DNA of 63,639 nt, filler included, from Octopus bimaculoides (taxonomy: Eukaryota): assembly GCF_001194135.2 (NCBI RefSeq). It is 8 parts of 7 records of this genome, joined end to end, with 100 filler letters (N's around TTAATTAATTAA, not from the genome) between each part and the next. Parts side by side here need not be neighbours in the genome. Positions count along the whole stretch, not along the records: positions 21,040 to 33,004 come from NC_068990.1; positions 33,105 to 39,293 come from NW_026355172.1; 6 more parts are not named here. One strand, given 5' to 3'. Position numbers and translations under genes: made by a program. The notes beneath the pieces are model-generated. The model saw nothing but the letters and a program-made list of their open reading frames with translations, had not been told where the DNA came from and searched no databases. Positions 25,587 through 38,410 of the stretch are shown in pieces; the stretch's first letter is position 1, and each line of letters starts with the position of its first letter.

Positions 25587-27905
25587 TGTTCTAAGAACCT
25601 GTTGAGCATTAGGCTTCGATGTAATCAACTTATGTAGTTGAGCAGCATCAAGAAGCTGAAACACAATTAAGAGGTCGGGAGCAAAAGTTTTCCAGATGAA
25701 ATGTTCGGCAATATGATTGATAAAAATAGAAAATAGAGCAAAACTTTAAGGATCAATTAGTAGAACTGGTGAAAGATTAAGACAGATATGTTCAGATCAA
25801 AATCCAAACACAATAACTCAACCTTCAACTTTAAGCAATGACTCTACAGCTCTACAAAATTGATAAAGTGACATTATGTAAACGACCACAGTTTAAGTTA
25901 TTATAAACATTTTTTCATAAAATATTCAAAGGCTTAACTTTCATCCCACGCATTTACGGTATATTCCCAAAAGGGGTAATTCTTCCTTTTGAATTTCCTG
26001 GATTTCAAAATCATATTACATGATTTCACACGCATGTGATAAAGCAAAATGATAAAACGGAAGAATGCTTGACTAAATATCGTATAAAGACATACTTATT
26101 GTATGCTAGATACAATCTTTGCATTTCAACAAAGATTGAATGCGGGTGAAGATAGACACACATGATGCCGTTATGCTCAGGTATGAAGAAGATGAGAAAT
26201 GCTCGGTGGTATAATTGTATTCGAGATACGGGAATACAAAATTCTTCCTGTGTGTGCAATTACTATAGAGATAAAATCACAGCACGCATTTTATTTGGAT
26301 TTGGTGAGCACGTCACTGATTAAATAAGCTGCTTGGATGAACTAAATTTTTATTATGTGTGCGCGTGTATATATATACATATATTGATATGTATATATAT
26401 AAAAATAAGCATATAGTTTTTGGTGGGGAGGTTGTATATAGGTTTGTGGATGTGCATGCATACATCATAAGTAATGATTTCTTGAATTGCCACTAAGGGT
26501 TTTCAAGAGCAAAGGAAATGAAGAAAGAAAGAAAGAAACGTTAGGGATGGTACTGAAAGATAATATGTTGTGTTATATAAATATCCAAAATCCCTCAGGT
26601 TTGCCTGTGAAAACCCCACAAAACCGTGGTCGCCCTGACCACTAGGGTAAGTACCCACCCCACATCATTATTTTGCAGTTTACAGGTGCATGCTTAGATT
26701 AGGCTCGTTACTCGGATTATTCTTGCCGCATTCAAGCACCTCTCAGCAGAATTGCTGGGAAGCAGCACTTTCTTTTCTAAACTCAAATTCCTTTTCGAGT
26801 GTAACTTGTAAAAGTTGATGATGGTTTGGCCAAAGACGAAATAGCCTGTCTTCAACCCTTTCAATCTGGTGGACGATACAACAGTTTCATTAAGACTAGT
26901 AGACAAAAGAAATAATATTTTTAGACTACGCAAATTAATTGAATGTTAGTACTAATAATTGTTTTCACCTTAACCATTTGCTTGTTTAGAGAGACAAAAA
27001 ATCGTCATATACATCACAGATGTTGTTGTTTAACTCAACGAAAATAACAGAACGGCAGTATCTAATACACACGTCAAAAATCAATTTAATTTCTAAATCG
27101 TAACATAGATTAAGTTTTTTTGCAATTTTTCTTCTTGATTCAAATACACTTCATAACGAAATTTCTATAATTTATTTTCGTTAAGTAGAATAATTATACT
27201 TAAATCATTTCAAGATTTTTCAACTTGCATTTATCTTGGCCATGTCTTAATGTTTAATCGATTTAAATTAATTTGGGATTTTCTAAAAGCTTTTAGAAAT
27301 TATATTTTAAATGATGAAGCTAATAGATAAATTAATTAATTTTATTTAATTATATGGTTATTTCTATATTTATTTATTTTCAATCAGCTTTTGTTTTTTG
27401 ATTTATTTTTTAATATAAGTTTTTTCGATAATAATTTTCGTAAACACAGATTGAACTTAGAAAACAGGTGCGAATGATCATTGGTGCAATTGAGATATTG
27501 ATTTCTGGCCTATAGACCAGACATTGCATTGATAATTGTAGAAGAGGGACAGGCTGTGCGCAAGATCCGTTTCATTCCCGAGGGCAATTAGGGCAAGAGT
27601 AATGGGAAATGAATAAATATATTGCCATCACAAGAAATCAGTATTCAAATTTGCTTCATATCTTAGTCCTGTAGTGAAGGTATATGCGTAATTAAAAGTT
27701 GGTATAAAAATCTATATGTTTTCCATTAAATTTTGTTTTGTGATTAGGATGATAAAAGCGTTCGATATCTTAAATGAGGAACAAAAAGAAAATATGGTTA
27801 AGTCTTCATTTTGAACATTAGCAGTGTTATGTACTTTAACATACAATTGAATGTGGATCAATTTTTCGCTTTTAGGCATTAAAATATAGGTTTTATAGAA
27901 ACATG

Positions 27906-27969
<64 letters not shown>

Positions 27970-28650
27970 ACGGTCAGTCTGTTTGTCTATCTATTTAACT
28001 AGCAAGCTGCAATATTCAAAGAGACTCTGGATGAAAAATTAAGTCTACCGAAAACATATTTATAATAAATCTGAATCTACCGTCAGAATCCTTACATTAG
28101 TCATGTACTTGTCAATTTACATTCAAATATATAATACATGCCCGTATACACATACAGAGGCAGAGACACGAGCGCGCGCGCACAGTCACAGAAAAACACA
28201 TAATTGCATGCATTTACATATGCACAGACACGTACACATACATGCATATATATGACATTAAAGCATATGTTCCATAATTTAATTGTGCTCAACAGCTGTT
28301 TCGTTAAGATAAACATCATTAAATGTATAATTTATTAATTCTGATATATGATTAATTAACTAAAATTTATGACTCGAAAATCTCTATTCCCAAATCCTCA
28401 TCGATCTCGGGTTATGTTAATCAGAAATCTGCTAACAGTTTATATATGAGGCCTCGAGGATTTGGGTAAACAGCTTTTAAACTGATGTAATTTAATTCAA
28501 ATTAATCAATTAGTTATTTCACGAAAGTAGAAATTTGATCGTATTTATCTCAATGAAGTAGATCTTGAATACAATTAAAATGGCAACAATATGCCTGATA
28601 TATATGTACATGTATGTAAATATATAAGTGTGCATATATATATATATATA

Positions 28651-28685
<35 letters not shown>

Positions 28686-29448
28686 ATATATATACATATA
28701 TATATATACACGTATATATACGTGTGTCTGTATATATGTACACACATATATATATATATGTACACATATACGTATACACATACATATATATGTATAAATA
28801 TATGTATATATGATATATGCACATGTGCACACATACACACATCTTCATCTTCGAGCATATGCTTTTGTTATATATATAAATTTACATTTGTATACATTAT
28901 ATATAATTCCTAATAATAATTTATATCTTCGGCTTTTACCTTGTAGACAGTAACTATTTCTATAGATATGCTTACCTAGAGACACATTCATGTGTGTCTG
29001 TGTATGTTTACTTCCTTGTATATTCCTACATACATATAGATTAATAGAGACTGAAAGGTATACTTATGTGTAATTCGAAACAGAGATATATGCATACACT
29101 TTTTCAAACGGAACCTATGAATATTTATTGTAAGTCGTTTCGTTAAAATTTCACCAGTTCATTGTGTGTCGTTTTGTACATCTTTATTCACAAAATCTTT
29201 TCAGGGGCTGAAGATGTCATAAAATAAGATATTATAAAACTAGGAATACAATGTAGACTTTTTTTTAAAAAATAGAAAATAAAAGATATTCGTTTCACAT
29301 GATGGAGATAAAAGAGAAGAGAATACATTGAGGCGATTCTCTTTGAATATGGTAAAAGAATAATTTTAAATAAGATCATGACAAATTCGAAACATTTCCT
29401 GTCTTTTCTCTCACCCCGCATAACTCCTCTTATTATGTATTTCGGTGC

Positions 29449-29490
<42 letters not shown>

Positions 29491-29491
29491 T

Positions 29492-29531
<40 letters not shown>

Positions 29532-29742
29532 CTTCTCTGTCTCTTGATCTGTCTCTTCTCTATTTGTCAATGTCTTTCTAAGTATGTCTTTATTTTTCTG
29601 TCTTTTTCTTTCCGTTATTTTTTCTCAGTATTCGTGTACGCTATTGTGTGTTGACGCATGATTGCATGAATGTGTGGGGATGTGTTTTCTTGTCTGTATA
29701 ATTGGATTTGGGTGCGTTCACTGTTTGTTGAAGCAACTACAC

Positions 29743-29785
<43 letters not shown>

Positions 29786-32019
29786 CATATATACAACATT
29801 TATTCATTCATTTATTTATGCACATATATGTATATATACATGTGTGTGTGTGTATGTATGTATATATATATTTATATATATATATATGCATGTATGTTCA
29901 TTTATATGCATTTATATATTAAATTATTTACTTGTATATAGTACAAGAGTAGCTATTCTACTTTCTTACTCGGAGTTTCAGGTTTGTAATTAATGTCTGT
30001 AATCAACCAAAGTTGCATACGTAACATCCTAGTTAAACCTAATCTCATTGGTTAAGAAAACAAAAGTGGGAAAATACATGGCAGTTTAAAATGTAGAGCT
30101 GCTTCGACTATATTTAAAGGAAACCATAGTTATCATCATCATGGGCAACTATTCTACTACCTTTGTTAGATTTGATGACGATGGATTTATAGCAAGAAGC
30201 CGACCAAAGACAATATACTCAGCTTACGGATATATAATAGCGGATAGCTGGCAATCCGGTACACGTGTGTTAAGTTCCTTTGCATGAATGTGTGTATATA
30301 CATATGTATTCCACTGTGTGCATGTGTATAACTATATATTTCATGTTTCTGTTTAATCTTACAATTTTCAAAATGACCGTCGAGCCTTCTCATGTACTAC
30401 TTAGGATATTAATAATAATGTTGTCTTTAATAGCCACAAAGGCCCGAAGAGATACAGCACAGAAAGAAATTTCCACTAGAGTGTCACAAGAACTGGAATG
30501 GGAAAGAAATTATTCTGTGAAGGTTATTTCTACAGAAATGTTAGCCAACACAGAGTTTCGCTACAAAGTTTCGTACCGAGAAGTTAGATGTAAACAAACA
30601 ATGAGATCGAAGACATTTTTGTCACCGATCTCATTGTTTTTTTGCATTTGATATCTCGATACGAAACGTTGTGTCAACAAACCTTTGTCAACTATTATTT
30701 CTGCAGAAATAACCTTAACAAAAGAATGTAAAGAGCACTGCTAGCGGAGTAGGACACCGTGTTGACTTATATGAACATTTAATATACTTCATAGTATATT
30801 ATAGTTGCATAACAAAATTCCAGCGTGATTACAAGTTTTAATATGAAAGAAATGTTTGCAAAAACGTAAGGGTGGGTATGAAAGGTTTTATAAAATGTTT
30901 GGACGGATATTAACAGTACGTATATATGCACCTTTTGAGATATTTGAATTTAAAACTAAGTACGAATGTATACTTTTCTCTTACTTGCTATGCCTTGAGG
31001 AAGGGGCAAAGTTCCTTTCCAGAATCTTTAAACAACCTCCGAGAGTTTGACGTTGTTAATGTTCCGTTCAAAATTTTGTAGTAGATCAATTCTTGTAAGA
31101 AAAACATAAACTGGGAAACATTTAAAAGAGAGATGCTCCTCTTGGAAGCAAGAGCAGACTTCGTGGTTAGTACGGACCAGGCGTGTATGCAATTAGATTG
31201 ATAAGACACGGAAACGGGAGTGGGAGTCTGTGTAGTTGCTGTGCAAGACAAACCATTTCTAAGGCAAAGAAGCATTAAAAGATAGCAAAGGCAGAAAGAA
31301 AATAGCAGCTTGGGAGCTAGGGATTGAAGCATGTCCGTTAGTGATTTCTTCAGTAGTGTGGCTATTCTCTGGATAAATCCCAACATGTCTGCAAAAATGT
31401 GACGCAGTACTTCATGTTTTTCTTATGTAACCTGCATGAATTTTCAGCATGTGAAGAAGTTTGAAATGTTTTCTTGCCCTGCTAGTAAGAACCAACTTTT
31501 TAAGGTTGATCATTTCTCAGGATGCGGTCTCAAAGTGCGGCTGATGTCTAGTGGCCGTATGATGAAATGTTTTCTTGACATCTGGAAAAGGGTCTGTTCA
31601 ATGCTATTGGCTCATTCAAAAACTAACCGACATGACAGATATAAATCATGATTTACAAGCATGATAACAATGTAGGCTACTGTTAATTCGATGGGAGTTA
31701 GCACTTGTCTAACTCTACGAAGCACCATCTATTGCAGCGTGTGTATGTTTGTGTGTATGTGTGTGCGTGCGTGTGTAAGTGTGTGTGTGCGTGTGTATGT
31801 GTATGTATGTGTTTGTATCTTTCTTTGTAATGATCTAACTATACGAGTAAATTTTAAATTCATTATTAACATGCTGTATTCAGGAGTATATATATCATAT
31901 ATATATATTCGCCATTTATTCAATTTAAGGCTATGGATTCGTATTTAAAAAGCGCTAGCTAGTTACTTTTTAGCTGGTGCTTTCATTCATATTAGGTATA
32001 ACTGCGCTCTCATTCGCAT

Positions 32020-32310
32020 ATAATCGACAGGCCTCCTCCGAGAAAATTTCAGGCCTTGTGACTATTGTAGAAAGGATTATTATAAATATCATTTAAAGTA
32101 AAGTCGGTGAGCTAGCAGTGTCATTACCATGTCGGACAAAATGCTTAGCGGCATTTCGTCCGTATTTACATTCTGAGTTCAAATTCCGCCAATGTCGACT
32201 CTTTCAAAGATTTCGCGATCGAAAACCTATGTACCAGTTGGGCACTAGGGTTGATGTGAACGACATACCCGCTACCCGAAAATGCACGCTTGTGCTAAAA
32301 TTTGAAACCA
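32020..32310 (+). mobile_element. SINE family B 3' end plus a second diverged copy
   Basis: aaatttcaggccttgtgactattgtagaaaggattatta, then ggtgagctagcag...atgcttagcggcatttcgtc...ctgagttcaaattccgcc...gaaaccattatt. Confidence 0.8.
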
Positions 32311-32364
32311 TTATTTTAAGCATATCTCTCTCTTTCTCTCTTTCTTTCTCTCTCTCTCTATCTT

Positions 32365-32399
<35 letters not shown>

Positions 32400-32408
32400 A
32401 TCTCTCTA

Positions 32409-32515
<107 letters not shown>

Positions 32516-32970
32516 GTACGTTTTCATTTCGCGTCTTTCTCTCATAAATATGTTTCAAGTTCTTTATCAATATCTTTCATTAAAATTCTTTCTTACCAAT
32601 TCCGTCTCCAACACTTCTTTGCCATTCTCCTATAGCTATTTTACTACCTGCACGCGAGCGCGCGAAAACACGTTCGTGCATAAACACATACGGATATACA
32701 GAAAGATATCAACAACACGGAATACACAAATTGGTATATAAATATACCGACATACACATGTGTAGAAAGACAGGCTAGGATATACACGCAACGTACAAAC
32801 ACACAAAACACATAGACACTTACATACATGTACAAACACGCAAGCTTCCACAAGCGCATAACTCATAACACGCCAGCACATATACACTCATGTAATTAGA
32901 TATAAAAATAGACATATTCAAGCACTTACATAACGAACAACACATACACACATACATATATACATGCTTA

Positions 32971-33004
<34 letters not shown>

Positions 33005-33104
33005 NNNNNNNNNNNNNNNNNNNNNNNNNNNNNNNNNNNNNNNNNNNNTTAATTAATTAANNNNNNNNNNNNNNNNNNNNNNNNNNNNNNNNNNNNNNNN
33101 NNNN

Positions 33105-33148
<44 letters not shown>

Positions 33149-33240
33149 AATAGTAATATTATGACAACAAAAAAATGAATGAGACTTAGATATTATGTAA
33201 ATAGAGGAATTTATCTATGATATATGTGACAATTAGTTGG

Positions 33241-33314
33241 TTGCCATAATAAAACTCAGAGTTTCGGATGTCGGTACGGAAGTCTGCTCGGCCTCTCATC
33301 AGTTATTAAGACAA
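33241..33314 (-). ncRNA. Type I hammerhead ribozyme motif (PLE terminal-repeat type)
   Basis: Minus strand: ttgtct-TAATAA-CTGATGA-G...C-GAAA-C-tctga-GT-T-TTATTA-t-ggcaa. Stem I 6 bp perfect and extendable to 12; palindromic stem III AAACTC-T-GAGTTT; stem II weak; GUU site. Confidence 0.55.
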
Positions 33315-33809
33315 ACAAAAATGCTATGAAAATGACCGTTAAATAAAGGGAAATTACTATGAAGATGACCGTTATTAAGACAAACAAAAGAGCTATGAGA
33401 ATGACAATTAAATAATGGGAAATTACCCGAATAGGGAGAAAATAAAAATACTCGAAGAAGGTAAACCCACGCTCATAGAATTCGCGTATGCGCGCATGTA
33501 CATACATACACATGAGCACACGCGCACCCACGTGCATGTGCATATATGCATATGCTCACTCGCACTAGCGTGAAACACATATGTGCACACCCACACACAC
33601 ACACACCTATATGTATACATATATATGCATCCATACACATGTACACATATACATACCCGCGCACACGCACACACACACACGTATATATACCCATACGCGC
33701 ACAATTATGTTCATATACACGTCTCTATACGCACATGCACATATATGCAGGGTGAAAGGTAATGTACAGAAAAAATGTATAAATATATAAAGTAATTAAA
33801 TATATGCAT

Positions 33810-34251
33810 ACCCACTGGTAGTGGCCTTCATGCTAGGCCAATGGTAGTGAAATTTGTAAAGATTTGCTACCCTGTATATATATTCAAGTATTTGATATTA
33901 GCATTTTAAAGTTCGTTTCGGCATTTTTCATTTTCTGCCGACTGAAACTGCGCCTGCGTAGTGGATTTTGAAAAAATTATAGCATATAACGATGAGACAC
34001 GTGCGATTTGTCTCATAGGTACAAGTTAATTTTTGACGGCTGGTTACTGAAGAGAATTTGCCTAGTAAATTATTTTATTTACTAAAAGAATTCGAAACCT
34101 ATAAGTCTAACGGTGAAAACAAGGTAAAAGTTTTTATTTTTTCATTCCCTTTGAAATTGCTTAAATTTTGTGGTTTTCGGTCGTTTGACTATCTTCTAGC
34201 GTGTAGAAATTGGCTGTTATAGGTAATTTCTCTTCTGTTTAAATGTACACT
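33810..34251 (+). mobile_element. Probable Penelope-like terminal repeat carrying the hammerhead
   Basis: Inferred from the embedded minimal hammerhead and the T-rich downstream tract; no ORF visible before the gap. Confidence 0.45.
34043..34111 (+). ncRNA. Type I hammerhead ribozyme motif with intact core
   Basis: GTTA-CTGAAGA(34047-53)-GAATT...AATTC-GAAA(34094-97)-C-ctataa-GTC(34105-07)-TAAC. Stem I GTTA/TAAC; stem II 5 bp plus internal hairpin tagtaaat/atttacta; stem III AC/GT; canonical GUC. Confidence 0.8.
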
Positions 34252-34596
34252 NNNNNNNNNNNNNNNNNNNNNNNNNNNNNNNNNNNNNNNNNNNNNNNNN
34301 NNNNNNNNNNNNNNNNNNNNNNNNNNNNNNNNNNNNNNNNNNNNNNNNNNNNNNNNNNNNNNNNNNNNNNNNNNNNNNNNNNNNNNNNNNNNNNNNNNNN
34401 NNNNNNNNNNNNNNNNNNNNNNNNNNNNNNNNNNNNNNNNNNNNNNNNNNNNNNNNNNNNNNNNNNNNNNNNNNNNNNNNNNNNNNNNNNNNNNNNNNNN
34501 NNNNNNNNNNNNNNNNNNNNNNNNNNNNNNNNNNNNNNNNNNNNNNNNNNNNNNNNNNNNNNNNNNNNNNNNNNNNNNNNNNNNNNNNNNNNNNNN

Positions 34597-36590
34597 AATG
34601 TCTCAAATCGCCTAAACAAACAAATTGAAAGCAGTGAAAAGTCCCGCCTGAAAATACAACTGTTGGAGATTGAAAAAAAATCTGCAACTCTCCCACGAAA
34701 CAGAAAGAGCAGACAAAGAAGCCTGAGCTATAGACAATATAAAATCTAACCCCAGAGCTTTCTACAAGTTTGCCAAAGAAACAGATTCAGTGCACTGCAG
34801 GATAGGGCCACTCCTTGAAAAAGATGGTGCACTAACAGGAAACCCAAGGAGGATAAGTGAAATACTAAATGAGCAATTCAAAAGTGTTTTCACTCCACCC
34901 CTAGGGCACTTTCAAGTTAGCAATCCAACTGATTTTTTACCACTGCAGATATAAAAACAGAGGCAATGATGATCGATTACATCGATATAAAGGAAGACGA
35001 TGTAATAAGGGCTATAGATGAATTGAACCCAAACTCAGCTACTGGCCCTGATGGATTCCCAGCAATCCTTCTAAAGGTATGTAAACGTGTCCTAGCAAGA
35101 CCGCTGCATTCCCTCTTTCAGAGCTTCCTTGCATCTGGCAAACTCCCAAGAAAACTGAAAGAGGGGAAAATATGCCCTATTCATAAAGGAGGTAGCAGAG
35201 CGGAGGCCAAGAACTACAAACCTATCTCTCTGACCTCGCACATCAGCAAGGTCATGGAACGAATAGTCAGAAAAAAACTAATCACCTTCCTTGAAAAAAA
35301 TTACTTGCTGCCTGACACCCAACATGGTTTCCGACCAGGAAGAAGCTGCCTGATTCAGCTCTTACAACACTATGAGTGGGTGCTAAAACAGCTACTTAAC
35401 CACTCAAGTGTGGAAGTGGTATATCTCGACTTTGCAAAGGCCTTTGATAAAGTCGATCATGGAATGATATGTCACAAACTGCGTGATCTCGGCATAGTTG
35501 GAAAATTGGGAGAATGGCTTCATGACTTTCTGAAGGCTAGAAGTCAGGTGGTAGAAGCCAATGGGGCCACCTCCAATGACACGCAAATAGCGTGCGGTGT
35601 TCCGCAAGGCACTGTTTTGGGACCACTACTGTTCATAATGGCCCTCTCAGAATGCCCTCAGCCACACGGAGAGTCACGGTCACAAGTTATGCAGATGATA
35701 CAAAAGTCTCGCAGGTAATACAGAACGCTGAAGACACTATGCACCTGTAATGTGAGCTGGATGAAATATACAAGTGGGCTGAAAAGAATAACATGCAGTT
35801 TAATTCTGAAAAGTTTCAAGCCTTGTGCTATCAGCATGCAAAACTAAATGCAGTACCCATTAAATACACTGGACCTGGAGGGACTGCAATCCCAGAAGCA
35901 GAGACAGTGCGAGACCTGGGCATTTACATGAGTAATAATGCATCCTTTCATGTTCATGTTGCTAAATTGTCAATGAAATGCAGGCGACTGACCGGATAGA
36001 TTCTTAGGACTTTTACAACAAGAGATCGGGAAACCATGATGGTGCTCTGGAGGACACTTGTTCTAAGTCACTGACTATTGCTTCAGCTATGGTAACCAAC
36101 CAGTGTCAAATTAATCTCAGAACTTGAAGCAATCCAACGAAGCTACACGAAGAAGATAGCCTCTATGCAACATATAAGCTATTCGGAAAGACTCAAGAGA
36201 TTAAAACTCTATTCCTTAGAGCGTAGACGAGAAAGATATGCCATAATATACATCTGGGAGATCCCCGAAGGAATTGTCCCAAACTTTGGCATCGAAAGTT
36301 ACACAAATAAAAGAACTGGGCGCCATTGCATAGTGCCAAGGACTCCAAATTTGCCATCAAGATGTAGGACAAGATACTGCAATAGCCTGGGCTTCAGAGG
36401 TCCACAGCTCTTCAATATCCTCCCGAAGGACCTGAGAGACCTGCATGCGGTGGATGTAGGTGTCAAGATAAGGCTGGACCTCTTCCTGTCAGGTGTCCCA
36501 GTTGAACCAACTTCACGGCAGGAGGTGCAGATGAGAGCAGCTGCATCAAACTCTGGCCACAGCTCATGAGCTGAAAGTAGTTAAAATGAA
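34597..36590 (+). mobile_element. CR1/Jockey-group LINE, ORF2 reverse transcriptase and 3' end (inactive)
   Basis: SATGPDG, PIHKGG, NYKPISLTS..SKVMERIV, QHGFRPGRSC, YLDFAKAFDKVDH, GVPQGTVLGPLLF, YADDTK after a frameshift, SYSERLKRLKLYSLERRRER; (TGAAA)-like tail near 36590. Confidence 0.96.
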
Positions 36591-37395
36591 AAAAAAATGA
36601 AATGAAAATGAAATATATATATATACATACATACATACATACATATATATTTCCGTTCCCCACAAGGGGCTGTGTATACATAAACATATATAGACGCATA
36701 CATATAAGAGTGTTAGTGCATTAGCCTAAGGCACCCTCCTAAGAACTTCAGTAAATTTATCTACATTACTTTAAAAAAAATAAGAGGAAATTTATAAATT
36801 TGCAAGTAGAAGGACTCGGTTTCACTCGGGTTATAAACTCATAGCCTTAACACTACTCCTTGCTTGTAGTATAATTTAACACCTTCCTTCTAGGCATTGT
36901 TAGGTAAATATTTTGTAAAGGACCCGATCGTACTCTGGTGTGAAATAATTTTTTCCATGAAATTTCAAGGTATCTGGCCTCCAAAACCCGCCGCAATTCA
37001 CTTTTTTTTTTTCGGAAACGAAAGTGCGAGAGGGGCTGGTGGGGATCTCTGAGTTTCCCACCAACGGAGTTTTGTTTCGCAGGTTTTTGTTTTTCCTTTC
37101 CGAGTTATTTCTCATACTTTCAACGTTTGTGACATCGAAATCACGCGTAAACGGCTCCTTTCATCAGAAAAGGAAATATTTGGCTGCTATTTCTAGCATG
37201 CCCTACTACCACGTAACAACTATTTGCGATAAAGGTCCCGCCGATATTTCGCTGCGAAGTAATTTTTTTACCCCTCCCCACTTTCTTTTCCGGAAAAAAA
37301 AGTGGCTCGCGGTGTGTTTGGAGGTCAAATACGTTGAATGCACTCGAAAAAAACTGTGGAAAAAAATTATTTCATACCGATGTACCGATGTTCAA

Positions 37396-38410
37396 GGATC
37401 TTTTCCCTTTGGACGGCACATCGAGAAATTAATTTTTTGTAACTAAACGCTTTCAAACTTTGGACACTGGTAGAATATGTCATATAAAACATCTTTTACG
37501 CTTGGCGTTTTTAAGAAAATTGTCTATTTTCAAAGTCATTTCGTATTAAAGTTGTCGTATTTCGGTAATTTCAACCAATCAGTGACGTGTATTCAGCTGA
37601 ATAAAATTACTGCCATTGTTTGTCAACAACAACTATCGGCGGTATATATTTCGTTTGTCACTGTTATTTATGACATCATTCGTGCCTTTGTACTGGTTTT
37701 AGCGTTGGGGTTTTAGGGTTAGGGCTAGGGTTAGGGTTCGGGTTTTAGAGTTAGGGTTAGGGTTTTAGGGTCAGGGTTAGGGTTTTAGGGTTAGGGATAG
37801 GGTTTTAGAGTTAGAATTAAGGTTTTGGGGTTAGGGTTAGGGTTTTAGGATTAGGATTAGGGTTTTAAAGTTAGGGTTAGGGTTTTAGGGTTAGGGTTAG
37901 GGTTGGGGTTTTAGGGTTAGGGTTGGGATTTTAAGGTTAGAGTTACGGAAAATATGAAAAATGAAGAAATTGGAGGGGACGGGGGCAAAAAGGTCTTCCC
38001 GAAAATAGTAGCTGAAAAACAGGAAAAAAACTAAAAGCAGTAGAAATGCCCGAACGATTGTGGTGCCATGAAGTAAACATGATTCAGATACACTCGTTTA
38101 TTCATACAAACGTAACTGAGATTAAATATGTCATAAATAACAGTGACAAACGAAATATACACCACCGGAAGTTATTGTTGACAAACAACAGCAGTAAATT
38201 TGTTCAGCTAAATATACGTCGTTGATTGGTTGAAATTACCAAAATACGACAACTTTAACACGAAATAACTTTGAAAATAGACAATTTTCTTAAAAACGCC
38301 CCAAGAGTTAAAGATGTTTTATATGACACATTCTACCAGTGTCCGAGGTTTGAAAGTGTTTAGTTACAAAAAATTAATTTCTCGATGTGCCGTTCAAAGG
38401 GTAAAGATCC
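37396..38410. mobile_element. Foldback-type element with ~280-bp inverted arms
   Basis: 37396-37676 is the reverse complement of 38128-38410 (GGATC...GATCC termini); no clear TSD. Confidence 0.9.
37707..37944 (+). repeat. Interstitial telomere-like array (TTAGGG/TTTTAGGG variants)
   Basis: Read directly: ttttagggttagggctagggttaggg..., with a recurring TTAGGG-TTAGGG-TTTTAGGG pattern. Confidence 0.95.

Noticed and set aside
26600-26950. Splice-like signals and peptide LVKVDDGLAKDEIACLQPFQSGG
   Set aside because: All frames at the splice sites contain stops; no recognisable homology.
30596-30639. 14-bp perfect hairpin aaacaatgagatcg/cgatctcattgttt
   Set aside because: Too short for a pre-miRNA, no hammerhead core; a few such hairpins are plausible by chance or repeat decay.
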